64,000 nucleotides of DNA from an uncultured Phycisphaerales bacterium (GTDB lineage Bacteria > Planctomycetota > Phycisphaerae > Tepidisphaerales > Tepidisphaeraceae), in contig CAVWLP010000002.1 of NCBI GenBank assembly GCA_963755915.1, positions 2,112,001-2,176,000 of the forward strand, in the 5' to 3' direction. Shown here piece by piece: positions 52,801-62,922 of this stretch. Under the pieces are notes generated by a model. That model saw only the letters and a list, made by a program, of their open reading frames with translations. It did not search any database and was not told the DNA's origin. Positions within the stretch are counted from its first letter, which is position 1. Each line of letters opens with the position of its first letter. The translations under genes and the position numbers were made by a program.

Positions 52801-54853
52801 TCCCGTCAACCGCGGGGTTGTCCCCGCCGCCGACCGACCACGTATATTGCGTCTGTGTGCTCGCGATGGTCAGCACCAGCGATCCCGCCGAGCCCGAAGA
52901 ACCCGTCGCGCTGAGCGAATACGTCCGCCCCACGCCGCCGGGAGTGGTGCCCACCACGAAAGAAGTCCCGCTCGTATAATTCAGTAGCGATCCATACGTC
53001 GCCAGCGTATACGTACCCACCGCTAGCTTTGACCCGGTGATGTTCACCGTGTCTGTCCCGCTGGCCAGGTCGAACCCGCCGTTAACGAGCAGTTCGCTTG
53101 CCGTCGCACTCGTTCCGCCTGCGAGGTCAAAGTTAAAATCGGCCCCGTTGTTCGGCGTCGACACCGCGCCGCCGACCGACAGCGTTCCCGCCAGCCCGTC
53201 CCCACCCGGCGCCACGATGCCTCCGCTGTTCACCGTCAGGTTTCCGCTGAGGTACCCGCTGGTGACGATCGGATTGGTGCCGCTCATCGCCGTCTGAAAC
53301 TGCAACTGCCCGCCGCCAGACGACAGCTCGCCCCCGCTGTTGACCGTTACGTTCCCCGATCCCGTTGCGCTTCCCACCGATGACGATACGTTCGCCAGGT
53401 TCAGCGTTCCGCTGTTGATCGTCGTGCCGCCCGAATAAGTATTCGGGCCCGTCAGCGTCAACGTCGCGCCGTGCACGCCGTTATAAATCACGCTGCCGTG
53501 CGCGCTGGTTCCGTCGGTAATCGTCGAAGTCAGGCCGCTTACAGCGCCATACCCAAACGTGTTGTTGCCCGTGGCATTGATCGTCAGCGCCGTCCCGTTG
53601 AGGCTCAGCACCTGCGTGTCCGAACCCGAGCTCAGGCCCACGAAAGAGCTCGCCAGGTTCTGGATGTTCTGTGTCGGATTCAGCAGATCCACCGTTGTCG
53701 TATTCGTGCTGGTCTGTGCAAACGACAGGCTCCCCGACCCCAGCGACGTGGTCGCGGTCGTCTCAACCGTGCCGTTGCCGATCTGGAGACCCCCGCTCCA
53801 ATTGTTGCTCGAATTGTTGAAAATCAGGACACCGCCCCCTTGCTTCTGAAGGCTTGTCGTACCCGAAATCGCTCCCTCCAAGTTGATTGTCCCCGTGGCC
53901 TTCGCCGCCGTGATGACCACAAACCCGGGAGCTGCCGTTCCCGTCGTATTCGTCCCCACCACCAGCGCCGGCAGGAATATGAAGTTTCCCGCGGCGCTGT
54001 TGCGAAGCGCGCCGCTGCTCCCATTCGAGTCTCCCGGCCCAATCCCGCCGCCGTTCAGAAACAACGTCTGCGTCGCCACGCCATAAGTGTTCCCGCCGTC
54101 TAGAAGCAACTGGCTCTGCTCGTTGACCGTGATATTTCCCGTCGTCGGCAGCGCCCCAGCCGTAAATTCGCCGGTTGCCCCCTGAGTGCCGGATGTATTG
54201 CCGATCGTAACGCCACCCGTAAACGAATCGGTGCCCGTGAAGTTGAATACCCCGCCGTATTGGGCGATGTTCCCGCCCCCGAACAAGGTCAACGACGATG
54301 TCCCTGTCCCGTTGCTCACGTTCCCCGACACGTTGAGCTGCTGATTAAAGAATGGCGCCGAGTTGCCGTTCTGATTCCCCTGCGCCGCCACCATCACGTT
54401 GGTCGAATTCTGAAGCGTAATGTTGTCCCCGACGGACAGCGTGTTCTCATTGGCCGTGTTGCTCCCCATCGCCAGCACCACGTTGCTGAACGGCGTTGCC
54501 GTGCCTTCCTGCGAAATGCTCAGCGATTGCCCCACCAGCGTCAGCGCCGAACCGCTGATGCTCAGGGTCCCGTTCGATGAAGTCTCCTCGTCGAGAATCG
54601 CCCCCACGCTTTGCGGACTCGAAACGGTCACCGTGTTGGACGGTGGATTCACATTGAAAAATGCCGTGTCTCCCGAGCCGGGTTGTCCGTTGGGAGTCCA
54701 GTTCGTCGGGGTCGTCCAACTCTGGCTGTTCCCGCTTCCCGTGGTTGACCACGTGTAGGTGGCGCCCATCGCCGGCGACAGAAATGCTCCGCCGAACACA
54801 ACACCGCTCGCCGCCACCCCAAGCATTTTCTTTGTAGACAGTTTCATTGGCAT
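49865..54853 (-). CDS. Large secreted protein with autotransporter-associated beta-strand repeats, dockerin-like module and PEP-CTERM
   Basis: Signal peptide; repeated NTYSGGT.IN.GTL; GDANLDG; VPEPASVGLMALGAVGMLARRRRRKQ. Confidence 0.9.
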   Translation of the reverse strand: MPMKLSTKKMLGVAASGVVFGGAFLSPAMGATYTWSTTGSGNSQSWTTPTNWTPNGQPGSGDTAFFNVNPPSNTVTVSSPQSVGAILDEETSSNGTLSISGSALTLVGQSLSISQEGTATPFSNVVLAMGSNTANENTLSVGDNITLQNSTNVMVAAQGNQNGNSAPFFNQQLNVSGNVSNGTGTSSLTLFGGGNIAQYGGVFNFTGTDSFTGGVTIGNTSGTQGATGEFTAGALPTTGNITVNEQSQLLLDGGNTYGVATQTLFLNGGGIGPGDSNGSSGALRNSAAGNFIFLPALVVGTNTTGTAAPGFVVITAAKATGTINLEGAISGTTSLQKQGGGVLIFNNSSNNWSGGLQIGNGTVETTATTSLGSGSLSFAQTSTNTTTVDLLNPTQNIQNLASSFVGLSSGSDTQVLSLNGTALTINATGNNTFGYGAVSGLTSTITDGTSAHGSVIYNGVHGATLTLTGPNTYSGGTTINSGTLNLANVSSSVGSATGSGNVTVNSGGELSSGGGQLQFQTAMSGTNPIVTSGYLSGNLTVNSGGIVAPGGDGLAGTLSVGGAVSTPNNGADFNFDLAGGTSATASELLVNGGFDLASGTDTVNITGSKLAVGTYTLATYGSLLNYTSGTSFVVGTTPGGVGRTYSLSATGSSGSAGSLVLTIASTQTQYTWSVGGGDNPAVDGNGTWQAGSTNFFTTTGTQSFSGQAYNNSSNDPVIIGSGGAGGTITVSGAVTAGGGLIFSNVTQGYTVAGTNTITLSGGIVDSATETNASAVTTTISAPIVLTGSQNFQASANNVLALTGGISDGNNGYTLSVGGDTGTVVLGGTNTYSGGTVINTGVLETSTGSLPSSGGVQINNTSASLVFNQASNGSYSGLISGSGSVAVNSTATVSLTNISNSYSGPTDVEGGVLAINDPGEINSGSGGINMLGGTMQFTSPVTFGTGTESITLNPGTTSTIDTDGNNVTLGFNLTGSGGNLTKIGTGTLTFNNLQPTRTIGVLSVLGGALDLSSNSAFSFTAPSTPGGFTGDLILDGAVGIRLDGGNINGGGSVYINGAAVSITGEGGPTSEIDNTIMLNSNELTSFTTDIGANSGNTLVIGGAITGDGDVDFTGGAGLVMLEGQSTYDGPTPGGGSSTTIDNSSGGEVQLDVNNALPTTTNVHLNNNGYLDVFGVTQTIGSLDSGAAGTLAIVTDNSTNNALLIIDGTKSTNFAGYITDNSDTPSGGGMLAIKLGSTYTGTLNLNSTTNNNYSGGTILNGGTLELGSVGDALLGNAPGGVTFGGGTLLLNSSWSSSRPLTVNPTVPAGGSSTISAAGNPVVLTPTALTWGGGTLNLVDASASSITTSNSTVVSVTAAGSALGVDANTTLSISGPVDPFAVHTTTIVPAADATALINDGTVAITGGSTTNGVEAEPTVSIAGVTGTGTLEIGNGSRQVLQLAAGSGGSTVNSLVINPNATLDITNNHLIINYGAAGESQSTIDSSIYQMLKNGFNGGTWNGVDFGGGSILSTSAQTPTNGFKYGVGWADGSDGLHNVPGLSSGQFEIKYTLLGDANLDGTVNGTDFSILAANFGLGVTNWDQGNFLYSSSVNGSDFSALAANFGQGDSGADATVTPADIAALDAFAVANGLPLPSLAAVPEPASVGLMALGAVGMLARRRRRKQ

Positions 54854-55011
54854 ATTCTCCTGCCCATCCGGGCTAAACTGAAAAGTTACAGATTAAGACC
54901 GATCACCGCCGCCTTTTATGCTGCGGCGTCGATAAGTAACTTACCAACCAACACCGATATTTGAGCTTCGCGCTAATTCATCGTTAGGAACCGTTTGGTC
55001 CCCAAACCCAC

Positions 55012-56061
55012 TTACTGAACGGCGCCGTACGGATTCCAGATCACGTGATTGTCCGGCCGATTCAGGTTTTCAACTGTTCGTGTTAATGGATCCACGATTC
55101 CCTGCACCTGCGTCCACGAAAACCATGCCACGTGCCCATCCGCGAACAGCAGGAATCCTCCGTGACGGTGTCGCGTCGTAAATCGCGTGTTCACCGCCTT
55201 CGGCTGTCCTTCGTTCCCCATGTAGCCCATCGGGCTGATGTTTTGCGGCGAATTGGCTGGACTTGGGTAATAATTGTAAACCTCCGGATACGTGGACCTC
55301 GCATATTCGCCGTAGTCAATGATCTTTTCCGTCATCAGCACCACGTCCGAACCCGGCCTCAATTGCGCCAGCTTCACATGCGTGATGTATTGCCCGCTTA
55401 CGAGCTGCGCAAACAGCTTCGAATTCACCACATAGCACATGTAAAACGGAAACACCGTCTTCGCATAGTGATACGGCGCCGCCGTTCCCCACAGCCCAAA
55501 ATAATTACTCGGGCTTGTCGACGTCGCCGTCGCGCTCGCGTACATCTCCCCCGTCAGCCCCGACTCTCCGTTTGCCGTTCCCGCCAGCGAATCCGGCATA
55601 TTCGCCGCCGGGCAAACCCAGATGCTGTTCACTCCTGACGACGGGAGATTCGTTTTGATCCCGTTCAGATAGTCGCTGATCATGCTGTAATACGATCGAT
55701 TGTTCACCAGCGGCGGAATCGCGTTGTACCACAGGCACGGATCGTCCACCCCCGTCGGGATGTAATTCCCGTTGCTGTCAAACGCCGCCGCATTGGGACT
55801 CGTCCGCCCGATGAAATCCGCCCCGGAGTCATGTCCGTCCGGACCATCCTCCGGCAAAAACCCCTGGTTCGCATCCGCATAAATCTGGAACCCCACCCCA
55901 AATTGCCGCATGTTGCTGGCAGACTGAACTTCCCACGCCGCCTGCCGCGCCTTGTTCAGCGCCGGCAATAGGATGCCCACCAAAATTGCGATAATCCCAA
56001 TGACCACAAGCAGTTCAACGAGCGTGAACCCTGCTTGCCCCCGCTTCGAATTTCGGTTCAT
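55012..56061 (-). CDS. Prepilin-type N-terminal cleavage / DUF1559-like (H-X9-DG C-terminal) protein
   Basis: GFTLVELLVVIGIIAILVGILLPAL..AR; RHRHGGFLLFADGHV. Confidence 0.92.
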   Translation of the reverse strand: MNRNSKRGQAGFTLVELLVVIGIIAILVGILLPALNKARQAAWEVQSASNMRQFGVGFQIYADANQGFLPEDGPDGHDSGADFIGRTSPNAAAFDSNGNYIPTGVDDPCLWYNAIPPLVNNRSYYSMISDYLNGIKTNLPSSGVNSIWVCPAANMPDSLAGTANGESGLTGEMYASATATSTSPSNYFGLWGTAAPYHYAKTVFPFYMCYVVNSKLFAQLVSGQYITHVKLAQLRPGSDVVLMTEKIIDYGEYARSTYPEVYNYYPSPANSPQNISPMGYMGNEGQPKAVNTRFTTRHRHGGFLLFADGHVAWFSWTQVQGIVDPLTRTVENLNRPDNHVIWNPYGAVQ

Positions 56062-56179
56062 CGGCTGCCTTCCCGTGCGATTATTCGCCGCTGAGGCTAG
56101 TGGAGGATTGTTTGCAAACGATTAGGGAATTCCTAAGAGAAGATCAGATCGCATCATTTCCGGACCGATTCATTTATGC

Positions 56180-57415
56180 TTAATCTAAGGCCCCTGCAAG
56201 ATCTGCAATCAAATCCCCCAAATCTTCGATACCGACCGACAGCCTCACCAACCCATCGTCAATCCCTATTTCCGCCCGCCGATCCGCTGGAATACTGGCG
56301 TGCGTCATTATTCCGGGATGCTCCACCAGGCTCTCAACACCCCCCAAGCTTTCCGCCAGGGTAAATATCCGGCACCGCTCCAAAAACCGCCGCGCCCTCT
56401 TCAATCCCCCGTCCAAAACCGCGCTCACCATCCCGCCCCCATTTGTCATCTGCCGCTTTGCAAGCTCATGCTGCGGATGGCTCGCCAGCCCCGGATAAAT
56501 CACCCGCTTCACGTCCCCTCTGCCTTCCAGAAATTTCGCGATCTCCAGCGCGCTCCGGCTCGACCGCTCCATCCGCAGCGCCAACGTCTTCACGCCGCAC
56601 AGCGCCAGAAAACAATCGAACGGCCCCAGAATCCCTCCCACCGCGTTCTGCAAAAATCCCAATCGCTCCGCCAGCGGCCCATTATCTCCCACCACTGCCA
56701 ACCCCCCGATCATATCGCTGTGCCCGTTGATGTATTTCGTGATGCTGTGTACCACGATATCAAACCCCAGCCCAAGCGGCCGCTGCACGAAAGGCGTCGC
56801 AAACGTATTGTCCGCCACCGACAAAATCCCATGCTTCTTCGCAATCTTCGCCATCCCCGCCAAATCCGCGATCTTCAGCAGCGGATTGCTCGGCGTCTCC
56901 ACCCACAGCATCTTAGTCTTCGGCCCGATCGCCCGCTCCACCGCCCCCAGATCGCTCGGATCCACATACGAAATCTCCAGCTTCGCGCTCTGCCTCCGCA
57001 CCCGCTCAAACAGCCGAAACGTCCCGCCGTAAAGATCATCCCCCGCTACGATATGCGACCCCGCCTCCAGCAGTTCCAGCACCGTTGCAATCGCCGCCAG
57101 CCCCGATGCAAACGCAAATCCCCACTTCCCATCCTCCAGATCCGCCACGCATCGCTCCAGCGCCCATCGCGTCGGATTGTGGCTCCTCCCATAATCCAAT
57201 CCCTTATGCACCCCCGGCGAATCCTGCTTATACGTGCTGCTCACATAAATCGGCGGCATCACCGCCCCCGTCGCCGGGTCCGGCACCTGCCCCGCATGAA
57301 TCACCCGCGTCCCAAACCCCGCCCGCGGGCCTTCATCCGGCAACACCTCGTTCCGTGGCATTTCACCGCTCGAGGCTGTGTCTCTTGAGGCTGTGCCTCC
57401 TTCGCCTCCACTCAT
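56180..57415 (-). CDS. Cystathionine gamma-lyase/gamma-synthase (PLP-dependent)
   Basis: YGRSHNPTR, FASGLAA, DDLYGGT, ETPSNP, DNTF, HSITKYINGHSD, AESLGGVESL. Confidence 0.92.
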   Translation of the reverse strand: MSGGEGGTASRDTASSGEMPRNEVLPDEGPRAGFGTRVIHAGQVPDPATGAVMPPIYVSSTYKQDSPGVHKGLDYGRSHNPTRWALERCVADLEDGKWGFAFASGLAAIATVLELLEAGSHIVAGDDLYGGTFRLFERVRRQSAKLEISYVDPSDLGAVERAIGPKTKMLWVETPSNPLLKIADLAGMAKIAKKHGILSVADNTFATPFVQRPLGLGFDIVVHSITKYINGHSDMIGGLAVVGDNGPLAERLGFLQNAVGGILGPFDCFLALCGVKTLALRMERSSRSALEIAKFLEGRGDVKRVIYPGLASHPQHELAKRQMTNGGGMVSAVLDGGLKRARRFLERCRIFTLAESLGGVESLVEHPGIMTHASIPADRRAEIGIDDGLVRLSVGIEDLGDLIADLAGALD

Positions 57416-58800
57416 TTCCGCATCTGCTCCTTCCTCAGAAAATTCAGCACGTCGATCCGCGTAATCATCCCGTGAAACCCCTCCTCATCGCTCACCACCG
57501 CCACCAGCCCCGTATCCAGAATCGCCATCAGCTCCCCCAACCCCGCCCGATGATCGATCGTCCGCACATTCGCCGTCATCACCTCGTGCACCGGCCGCTC
57601 AAACGCCTCCCCTCCCGCCCTCACCGCCAGCAGCAAATCCCCTTCATCCACGATCCCCACCAGCTTCTCCTCCACCATCACCGCAAGCTGCGAAATATCA
57701 TAAAGCCGCATCCGCGCATACGTCACCGCCAACGGATCGTCCGGCCCAACCGCCACCACCGCACCCTCCCGAAACGGCCGGCTGATCATGTCCCGCAAAT
57801 CCCCATGCGCCTGCCTCCCCGACAGCCCCTGGTCCGCCAGCCAGAAATCGTTAAACGCCTTCGATAGATATTTGCTCCCCGTATCACACACAAACGTCAC
57901 CACCGTCTTCCCTTTTTTCTGCTCGCGGCAATACCGCAGCGCCGCCGCCATCAGCGTCCCCGTGCTCGAACCCGCAAAAATCGCCTCCCGCTTCAGCAGC
58001 GTTCGAATCACCTCAAACGCCTCCGCATCCGGAATGCTGTATGCTGTCTTCACCCGGCTCAGATCCGCGATCCCCGGAATAAAATCCTCCCCGATCCCCT
58101 CCACCAGCCATGACCCCGCCGTCCCGATCTTCTTCGTCCGAACATATTCCGCCAGCACCGAACCTACCGGATCCGCCAGCACTATCTCCACATTCGGCGC
58201 CGTTGCCGCAAAAAATCGGCTCAGCCCCGTGATCGTCCCTCCCGATCCCACCCCGCACACCACCGCATCCACCTTCCCCTCCGTCTGCCGCCAGATTTCC
58301 GGACCCGTCGTCATCTCATGCGCCCGCGGATTCGCCGGATTATTAAACTGATTCACATAAAACGCCCCCGGCGTCACCCTGGCAATCCGCTCCGCCAAAT
58401 CCTGGTAATACTGCGGATGACCCTTCCCCACATCCGATCGCGTCATCACGATCGTCACCCCCAGCGCCCGAAGGTGCAGCAGCTTCTCCTGGCTCATCTT
58501 GTCCGGAATCACCAGCGTCAGCCGATACCCCTTGCTCGCCGCCACCAGCGCCAGCCCCAGCCCCGTATTCCCCGCCGTCGCTTCCACCAGCGTCGACCCC
58601 GGCCCGATTTTCCCCTCCTTCTCCGCCGCCTCGATCATCGATCGCCCGATCCGGTCCTTGATCGACCCCCCGGGATTCTGGCTCTCCAGCTTCAGCAGCA
58701 GTGTGCATGCACCCGTATCAAACGCCCGCACCCGCACCATCGGCGTGTTGCCGATCAACTCCAGAACGTCTTCACAAATCGCCATAGGCTTCCCTGCCAT
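57412..58800 (-). CDS. Cystathionine beta-synthase with C-terminal CBS domains
   Basis: IGNTP, KLE..NPGGSIKDR, EATAGNTG, GVGSGGT, EGIG, CBS pair; overlaps the downstream lyase gene. Confidence 0.92.
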   Translation of the reverse strand: MAGKPMAICEDVLELIGNTPMVRVRAFDTGACTLLLKLESQNPGGSIKDRIGRSMIEAAEKEGKIGPGSTLVEATAGNTGLGLALVAASKGYRLTLVIPDKMSQEKLLHLRALGVTIVMTRSDVGKGHPQYYQDLAERIARVTPGAFYVNQFNNPANPRAHEMTTGPEIWRQTEGKVDAVVCGVGSGGTITGLSRFFAATAPNVEIVLADPVGSVLAEYVRTKKIGTAGSWLVEGIGEDFIPGIADLSRVKTAYSIPDAEAFEVIRTLLKREAIFAGSSTGTLMAAALRYCREQKKGKTVVTFVCDTGSKYLSKAFNDFWLADQGLSGRQAHGDLRDMISRPFREGAVVAVGPDDPLAVTYARMRLYDISQLAVMVEEKLVGIVDEGDLLLAVRAGGEAFERPVHEVMTANVRTIDHRAGLGELMAILDTGLVAVVSDEEGFHGMITRIDVLNFLRKEQMRK

Positions 58801-58983
58801 TCCAATCCAATACCACCGACCAATAATAATGGCTTTCCGCCGCAACGTAACCCCCGCGGCCTCAATATTCCCACCCTTTTTCCTTGTCCCGATAGCCCCA
58901 ATTCAGGTATAACAATTCCCCAACTCGAACTGTCAAAATTGACTGTTGCTTTCATCAACGGATTCTCTCCTGGAGGGATTGAG

Positions 58984-60816
58984 ATGTCTCGCGATCTATC
59001 CACCGCTCGAAATCGTCGCCGAATCGCCCTGAACCTTGCCGCCAGCGTCGGCTGCTTCACTCCACGCGGCTGGGGCCAAACCCAGAATTCCCTCTACACC
59101 GGCGCCACCGGCAATTGGAACACTGCCGGCAACTGGACCCCAAATGGTATCCCCAACAACGGCACCAACGGCTTCACCGACTACAACGTCACCGTCGCCT
59201 CCAATACTTCAGTCGACGCCACCCTCAACAGCCCCGTCACCATCGACACCCTCACCGTCAACACCGCCGACACCCTCACCCTCGCAAGCGGCATCACCAT
59301 GACCCTCGAGGGTCCCACCCTGATGAACAGCGGAACCATCGTGATCGACACCCAGGACTCCGACGCCAACCTTGATTTCGCTGGCGACACCACCATCTCC
59401 GGCACCGGCACCATCATGCTCAACGACTTCGCCCCCGACGCCATGATCACCGCCACTAACGGCGCTACCGTCACGCTCACCACCGGCACCATCGACGGCG
59501 TCGGTGATATCGACGCGCCCCTCATCAGCAGCGGTACGATCGACGCCAACTACGGCACTCAACACATCTACATCAATTCGCCTACCCTGACCAACACCGG
59601 CACCATGGAAGCCACCGCCAGCGGCATCCTCGAATTCGAGGACTCCACCTCCGTGACCAATACCAGCGGCCTTATCGCCGCCACCGCCGGAAATGTCATC
59701 CTCACTGGCACTGCCTCCATCACCGGCGGCACCCTCTCCTCCACCGGCTCACACCTCTTCAGCGTTACCGGAACTTCCTCTTTATCCAATGTCACCATCA
59801 CTCCCGGCACACAAGTCACTATTCAATCCAGCGAGTTGCTGAATTATGGCGGCCCAAACCTCATCAACAACGGCACCATTACCATCGACACCCTCCACGG
59901 CGACGCCGATCTCAATTTCACCAGCAACACCACCATCGCCGGCACCGGCACGATGACGCTTAACGACTTCGGCCCCAACGCAAAAATCACCGGAAACGCC
60001 GGCGTCTCCATCATCCAAAACCCCGGCAGCATCATCAATGGCACCGGTGAAATCGACCTCCCCGTCACCAACAACGGCGTCATCGACGCCTCCTACCCCG
60101 CCGCTTACATCAACATCAATGCCCCCGTCACCGGCAACGGCACCCTCGAAGTCGCCGCCGGCTCTGTCCTGAACTTCGGAACCAGCGCCGGCGCCTTCAC
60201 CCAGGGCGCACTCTCCATCGCCTCCACCGGCCAGCTCAACATCGCCAACAACCACCTCTTCATCGACTACGGCAGCGCATCCGATCCCATCTCCACCATC
60301 CTCACTGACCTCAAATCCGGCTACAACAACGGCGCCTGGAATGGCTATGGAATTATCTCCTCATCCGCGCGCACACCTACCAACGGCCTCACCTACAGCG
60401 TCGGCTGGGCCGACGGCAACGACGGCACCGGCAACGTCGCCGGACTCTCCAGCGGCGAAATCGAGCTCAAATACACCCTCCTCGGCGATGCCAACCTCGA
60501 CGGCAACGTCAACGGCTCCGACTTCTCCATCCTTGCCGCCAACTTCGGCCTCGGTGTCACCAACTGGGACCAGGGCAACTTCTTCTTCGGCTCCTCCGTC
60601 AACGGCTCCGACTTCTCCGCCCTCGCCACCAACTTCGGCCAGGGCGACAGCAACGCCTCCGTCACCCCCGCCGACGTCGCCGCCCTCGACGCCTTCGCCG
60701 CCGCCAACGGCCTCCCCGCACCCACGATCGCCGCCGTCCCCGAACCCGCAACACTCGGCCTGCTCGCCCTCGGCAGCGCCGCGACATCGCTGCGCCGCAG
60801 ACGCCCGCCCCGTTAG
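58984..60816 (+). CDS. Secreted PEP-CTERM protein with dockerin-like module
   Basis: GGAGG RBS, signal peptide, beta-helix-like repeats, GDANLDG, VPEPATLGLLALG...RRRR. Confidence 0.88.
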   Translation: MSRDLSTARNRRRIALNLAASVGCFTPRGWGQTQNSLYTGATGNWNTAGNWTPNGIPNNGTNGFTDYNVTVASNTSVDATLNSPVTIDTLTVNTADTLTLASGITMTLEGPTLMNSGTIVIDTQDSDANLDFAGDTTISGTGTIMLNDFAPDAMITATNGATVTLTTGTIDGVGDIDAPLISSGTIDANYGTQHIYINSPTLTNTGTMEATASGILEFEDSTSVTNTSGLIAATAGNVILTGTASITGGTLSSTGSHLFSVTGTSSLSNVTITPGTQVTIQSSELLNYGGPNLINNGTITIDTLHGDADLNFTSNTTIAGTGTMTLNDFGPNAKITGNAGVSIIQNPGSIINGTGEIDLPVTNNGVIDASYPAAYININAPVTGNGTLEVAAGSVLNFGTSAGAFTQGALSIASTGQLNIANNHLFIDYGSASDPISTILTDLKSGYNNGAWNGYGIISSSARTPTNGLTYSVGWADGNDGTGNVAGLSSGEIELKYTLLGDANLDGNVNGSDFSILAANFGLGVTNWDQGNFFFGSSVNGSDFSALATNFGQGDSNASVTPADVAALDAFAAANGLPAPTIAAVPEPATLGLLALGSAATSLRRRRPPR

Positions 60817-60935
60817 ATTGTCTCGCGCGCCCGTCAATTTGTCGGAAGCGGCGCCCATAAACTCCGCAAATCCCGCCCCATTTTCAGCAGGCACATCATT
60901 TGTATTCACTCACTCCACTTAACAAGGAGTCATCC

Positions 60936-61115
60936 ATGGGTCGTGAAGACATCGCTGCTGGAAAAATCAAACAGGCGCGCGGAAAAGCCAACGACATCAT
61001 TGGCGCCGCCACCGGAAACACCGCTCGCCAGATCAAGGGCAAAATCCAGAACGCTGCCGGAAAAGTACAGGAGAAGATCGGCAAAGCTTCCCGCGACAGC
61101 TCTCGCTCAAAATGA
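60936..61115 (+). CDS. CsbD family stress protein
   Basis: AAGGAG RBS; D...GK.KQ..GK.....G..TG.....KGK.Q...GK.QE..G. Confidence 0.85.
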   Translation: MGREDIAAGKIKQARGKANDIIGAATGNTARQIKGKIQNAAGKVQEKIGKASRDSSRSK

Positions 61116-61136
61116 AACCCTTCTAAGGCATCGCCT

Positions 61137-62918
61137 ATGTCAAAACCACTGGATCCGCACATCGTCCTCGTCGCTGATCGGGCGCGCGATCTTTCCCCGC
61201 AATCCCCTGATTCCATGCGCGAAACCATCGAATTCACCCTCTTCGCCCCCTACAACGAAGCCGTCTCACTCATCTCCAGTTGGAACAACTGGCAGCGCCA
61301 GCCCATGACCCGCGGCGACGACGGCTGGTGGCGAATCTCCGCCGATCTCCCCGACGGCGACCACTTCTACAAGTTCGTCGTCAAATCCCGAAGCTATTTC
61401 GCCAAGGACCAGTGGCTCGAAGTCTTCGATCCCTACGGCATGTGGATCACCGACGACGACAAAGAACAAAACCACATCTGGATCAAGGACGGCAAACGCC
61501 AGTGGACCGGCTACCAGTGGCGTCACGACGACAAGCCCCTCCCCACCAACGAACAGCTCGTTATCTACGAGCTGCACGTCGGCGACTTCAGCGGCGGTGG
61601 GGGGGACATCGCCTCCCCGCACGTCCGCGGAAAATTCTCCGGCGTCGTCGAAAAACTCGACTACCTCGCCGACCTCGGCATCAACGCCGTCGAAATCATG
61701 CCCATCAAGGAATTTCCCGGAAAATCCTGGGGCTACAACCTCCGTAGCCTCTTCGCCATCGACAGCAGCTACGGCTCCCCCGCAGATTTCTGCCGACTCG
61801 TCGACGAATGCCACGCCCGCGGAATGCGCGTCATTATCGACGGCGTGTACAACCATGCCGACGCCGACGCGCCTCTCGCCAAGATCGATTACGAATACTG
61901 GTTCTACCGCAACAACCCCGATCCTCCCGAAATGCAGTGGGGCCCCAAGTACAACTACAGCTTTTTCGACGAAAAGCTTAAGGTTTTCCCCGCCCGGAAA
62001 TATGTCATCGATTCCATCCTCTTCTCCCTCGAGCACTACCACTACGACGGCATCCGCTTCGACGCCACCCGCGCCATCAAAGATTTCGACGTCATGCACG
62101 AGTTCACGAAGCAGGCGTTCGACAAGATCGGCGGCCGCAAGCCTTTCTTCACCGTCGCTGAGCACGTCCCTGAAGACCCCGCCATCGTCGGATATCCCAA
62201 AGGCCCCATGGTCGCCGCCTGGCGCGACTCATTCGCCAAAAAGCTCCAGGCGATCGCCACCCAGCACGAGTGCGATGGCGCCGATCCATGGAACCTCGAC
62301 GAGCTGGAGCACCACATGAACCCCGCCGCCAACGGCTACGGCTCCGGCAACCATACCGTCAATTACATTACCATCCACGACCACGAGCGGATCATGAATC
62401 AGCTCGGCACAATCGCCAACACCTTCGGCGAAGCCGCCTTCCGCCGGGTCAAGCTCGCCATGGCGCTGCTGATGACGACGCCCGGCCTGCCGATGATCTG
62501 GATGGGCCAGGAATTCGGCGCCGCCAATCCCAAGACCTGGGACAAGTCCCAGCCCATCTCCTGGGGCCTCCTCGCCAATCAGGACAACAAAGACCTCCAC
62601 GATTACACGGCCAATCTCATTCACCTTCGCCGGGATCAGCCCGCCCTTTGCTCGGACCATTTCGAAGCGATTCTCAAGGACAAGGATCGCGAAATCTTCG
62701 CTTTTAAACGCTGGAACGACGTCGGCGGCATGGTTGTGGTCATCGCCAACCTCAAGGATTCACCCGCCGGCGATGTCACGATCGGCGAAGCCGGCCTCCC
62801 CGACGGCAAATGGCACGATCACAAGGCCAATGCCGATCTGACGGTTGAAAACGGAACGATCAAAACCCAGATCGGTTCCAGCGAAGTGAAAATCTTCATC
62901 AAGCAGCCAGACGCTTAG
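61137..62918 (+). CDS. GH13 glycoside hydrolase with CBM48-like N-terminus (branching enzyme/trehalohydrolase-like)
   Basis: F.LFAP, DPY, IYELHVGDF, LDYL.DLG.NAVEIMP, WGY, DGVYNH, DGIRFDA, AEH, HD. Confidence 0.88.
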   Translation: MSKPLDPHIVLVADRARDLSPQSPDSMRETIEFTLFAPYNEAVSLISSWNNWQRQPMTRGDDGWWRISADLPDGDHFYKFVVKSRSYFAKDQWLEVFDPYGMWITDDDKEQNHIWIKDGKRQWTGYQWRHDDKPLPTNEQLVIYELHVGDFSGGGGDIASPHVRGKFSGVVEKLDYLADLGINAVEIMPIKEFPGKSWGYNLRSLFAIDSSYGSPADFCRLVDECHARGMRVIIDGVYNHADADAPLAKIDYEYWFYRNNPDPPEMQWGPKYNYSFFDEKLKVFPARKYVIDSILFSLEHYHYDGIRFDATRAIKDFDVMHEFTKQAFDKIGGRKPFFTVAEHVPEDPAIVGYPKGPMVAAWRDSFAKKLQAIATQHECDGADPWNLDELEHHMNPAANGYGSGNHTVNYITIHDHERIMNQLGTIANTFGEAAFRRVKLAMALLMTTPGLPMIWMGQEFGAANPKTWDKSQPISWGLLANQDNKDLHDYTANLIHLRRDQPALCSDHFEAILKDKDREIFAFKRWNDVGGMVVVIANLKDSPAGDVTIGEAGLPDGKWHDHKANADLTVENGTIKTQIGSSEVKIFIKQPDA

Positions 62919-62922
62919 TGAA

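Noticed and set aside
56180-58800. CBS-CGL pair as a novelty
   Set aside because: Standard reverse-transsulfuration gene pair.
50128-58980. Long plus-strand ORFs opposite real genes (e.g. 51159-52154, 56300-57388, and the 5' extension 58318-58983)
   Set aside because: Antisense shadows of high-GC coding sequence with no recognisable motifs.
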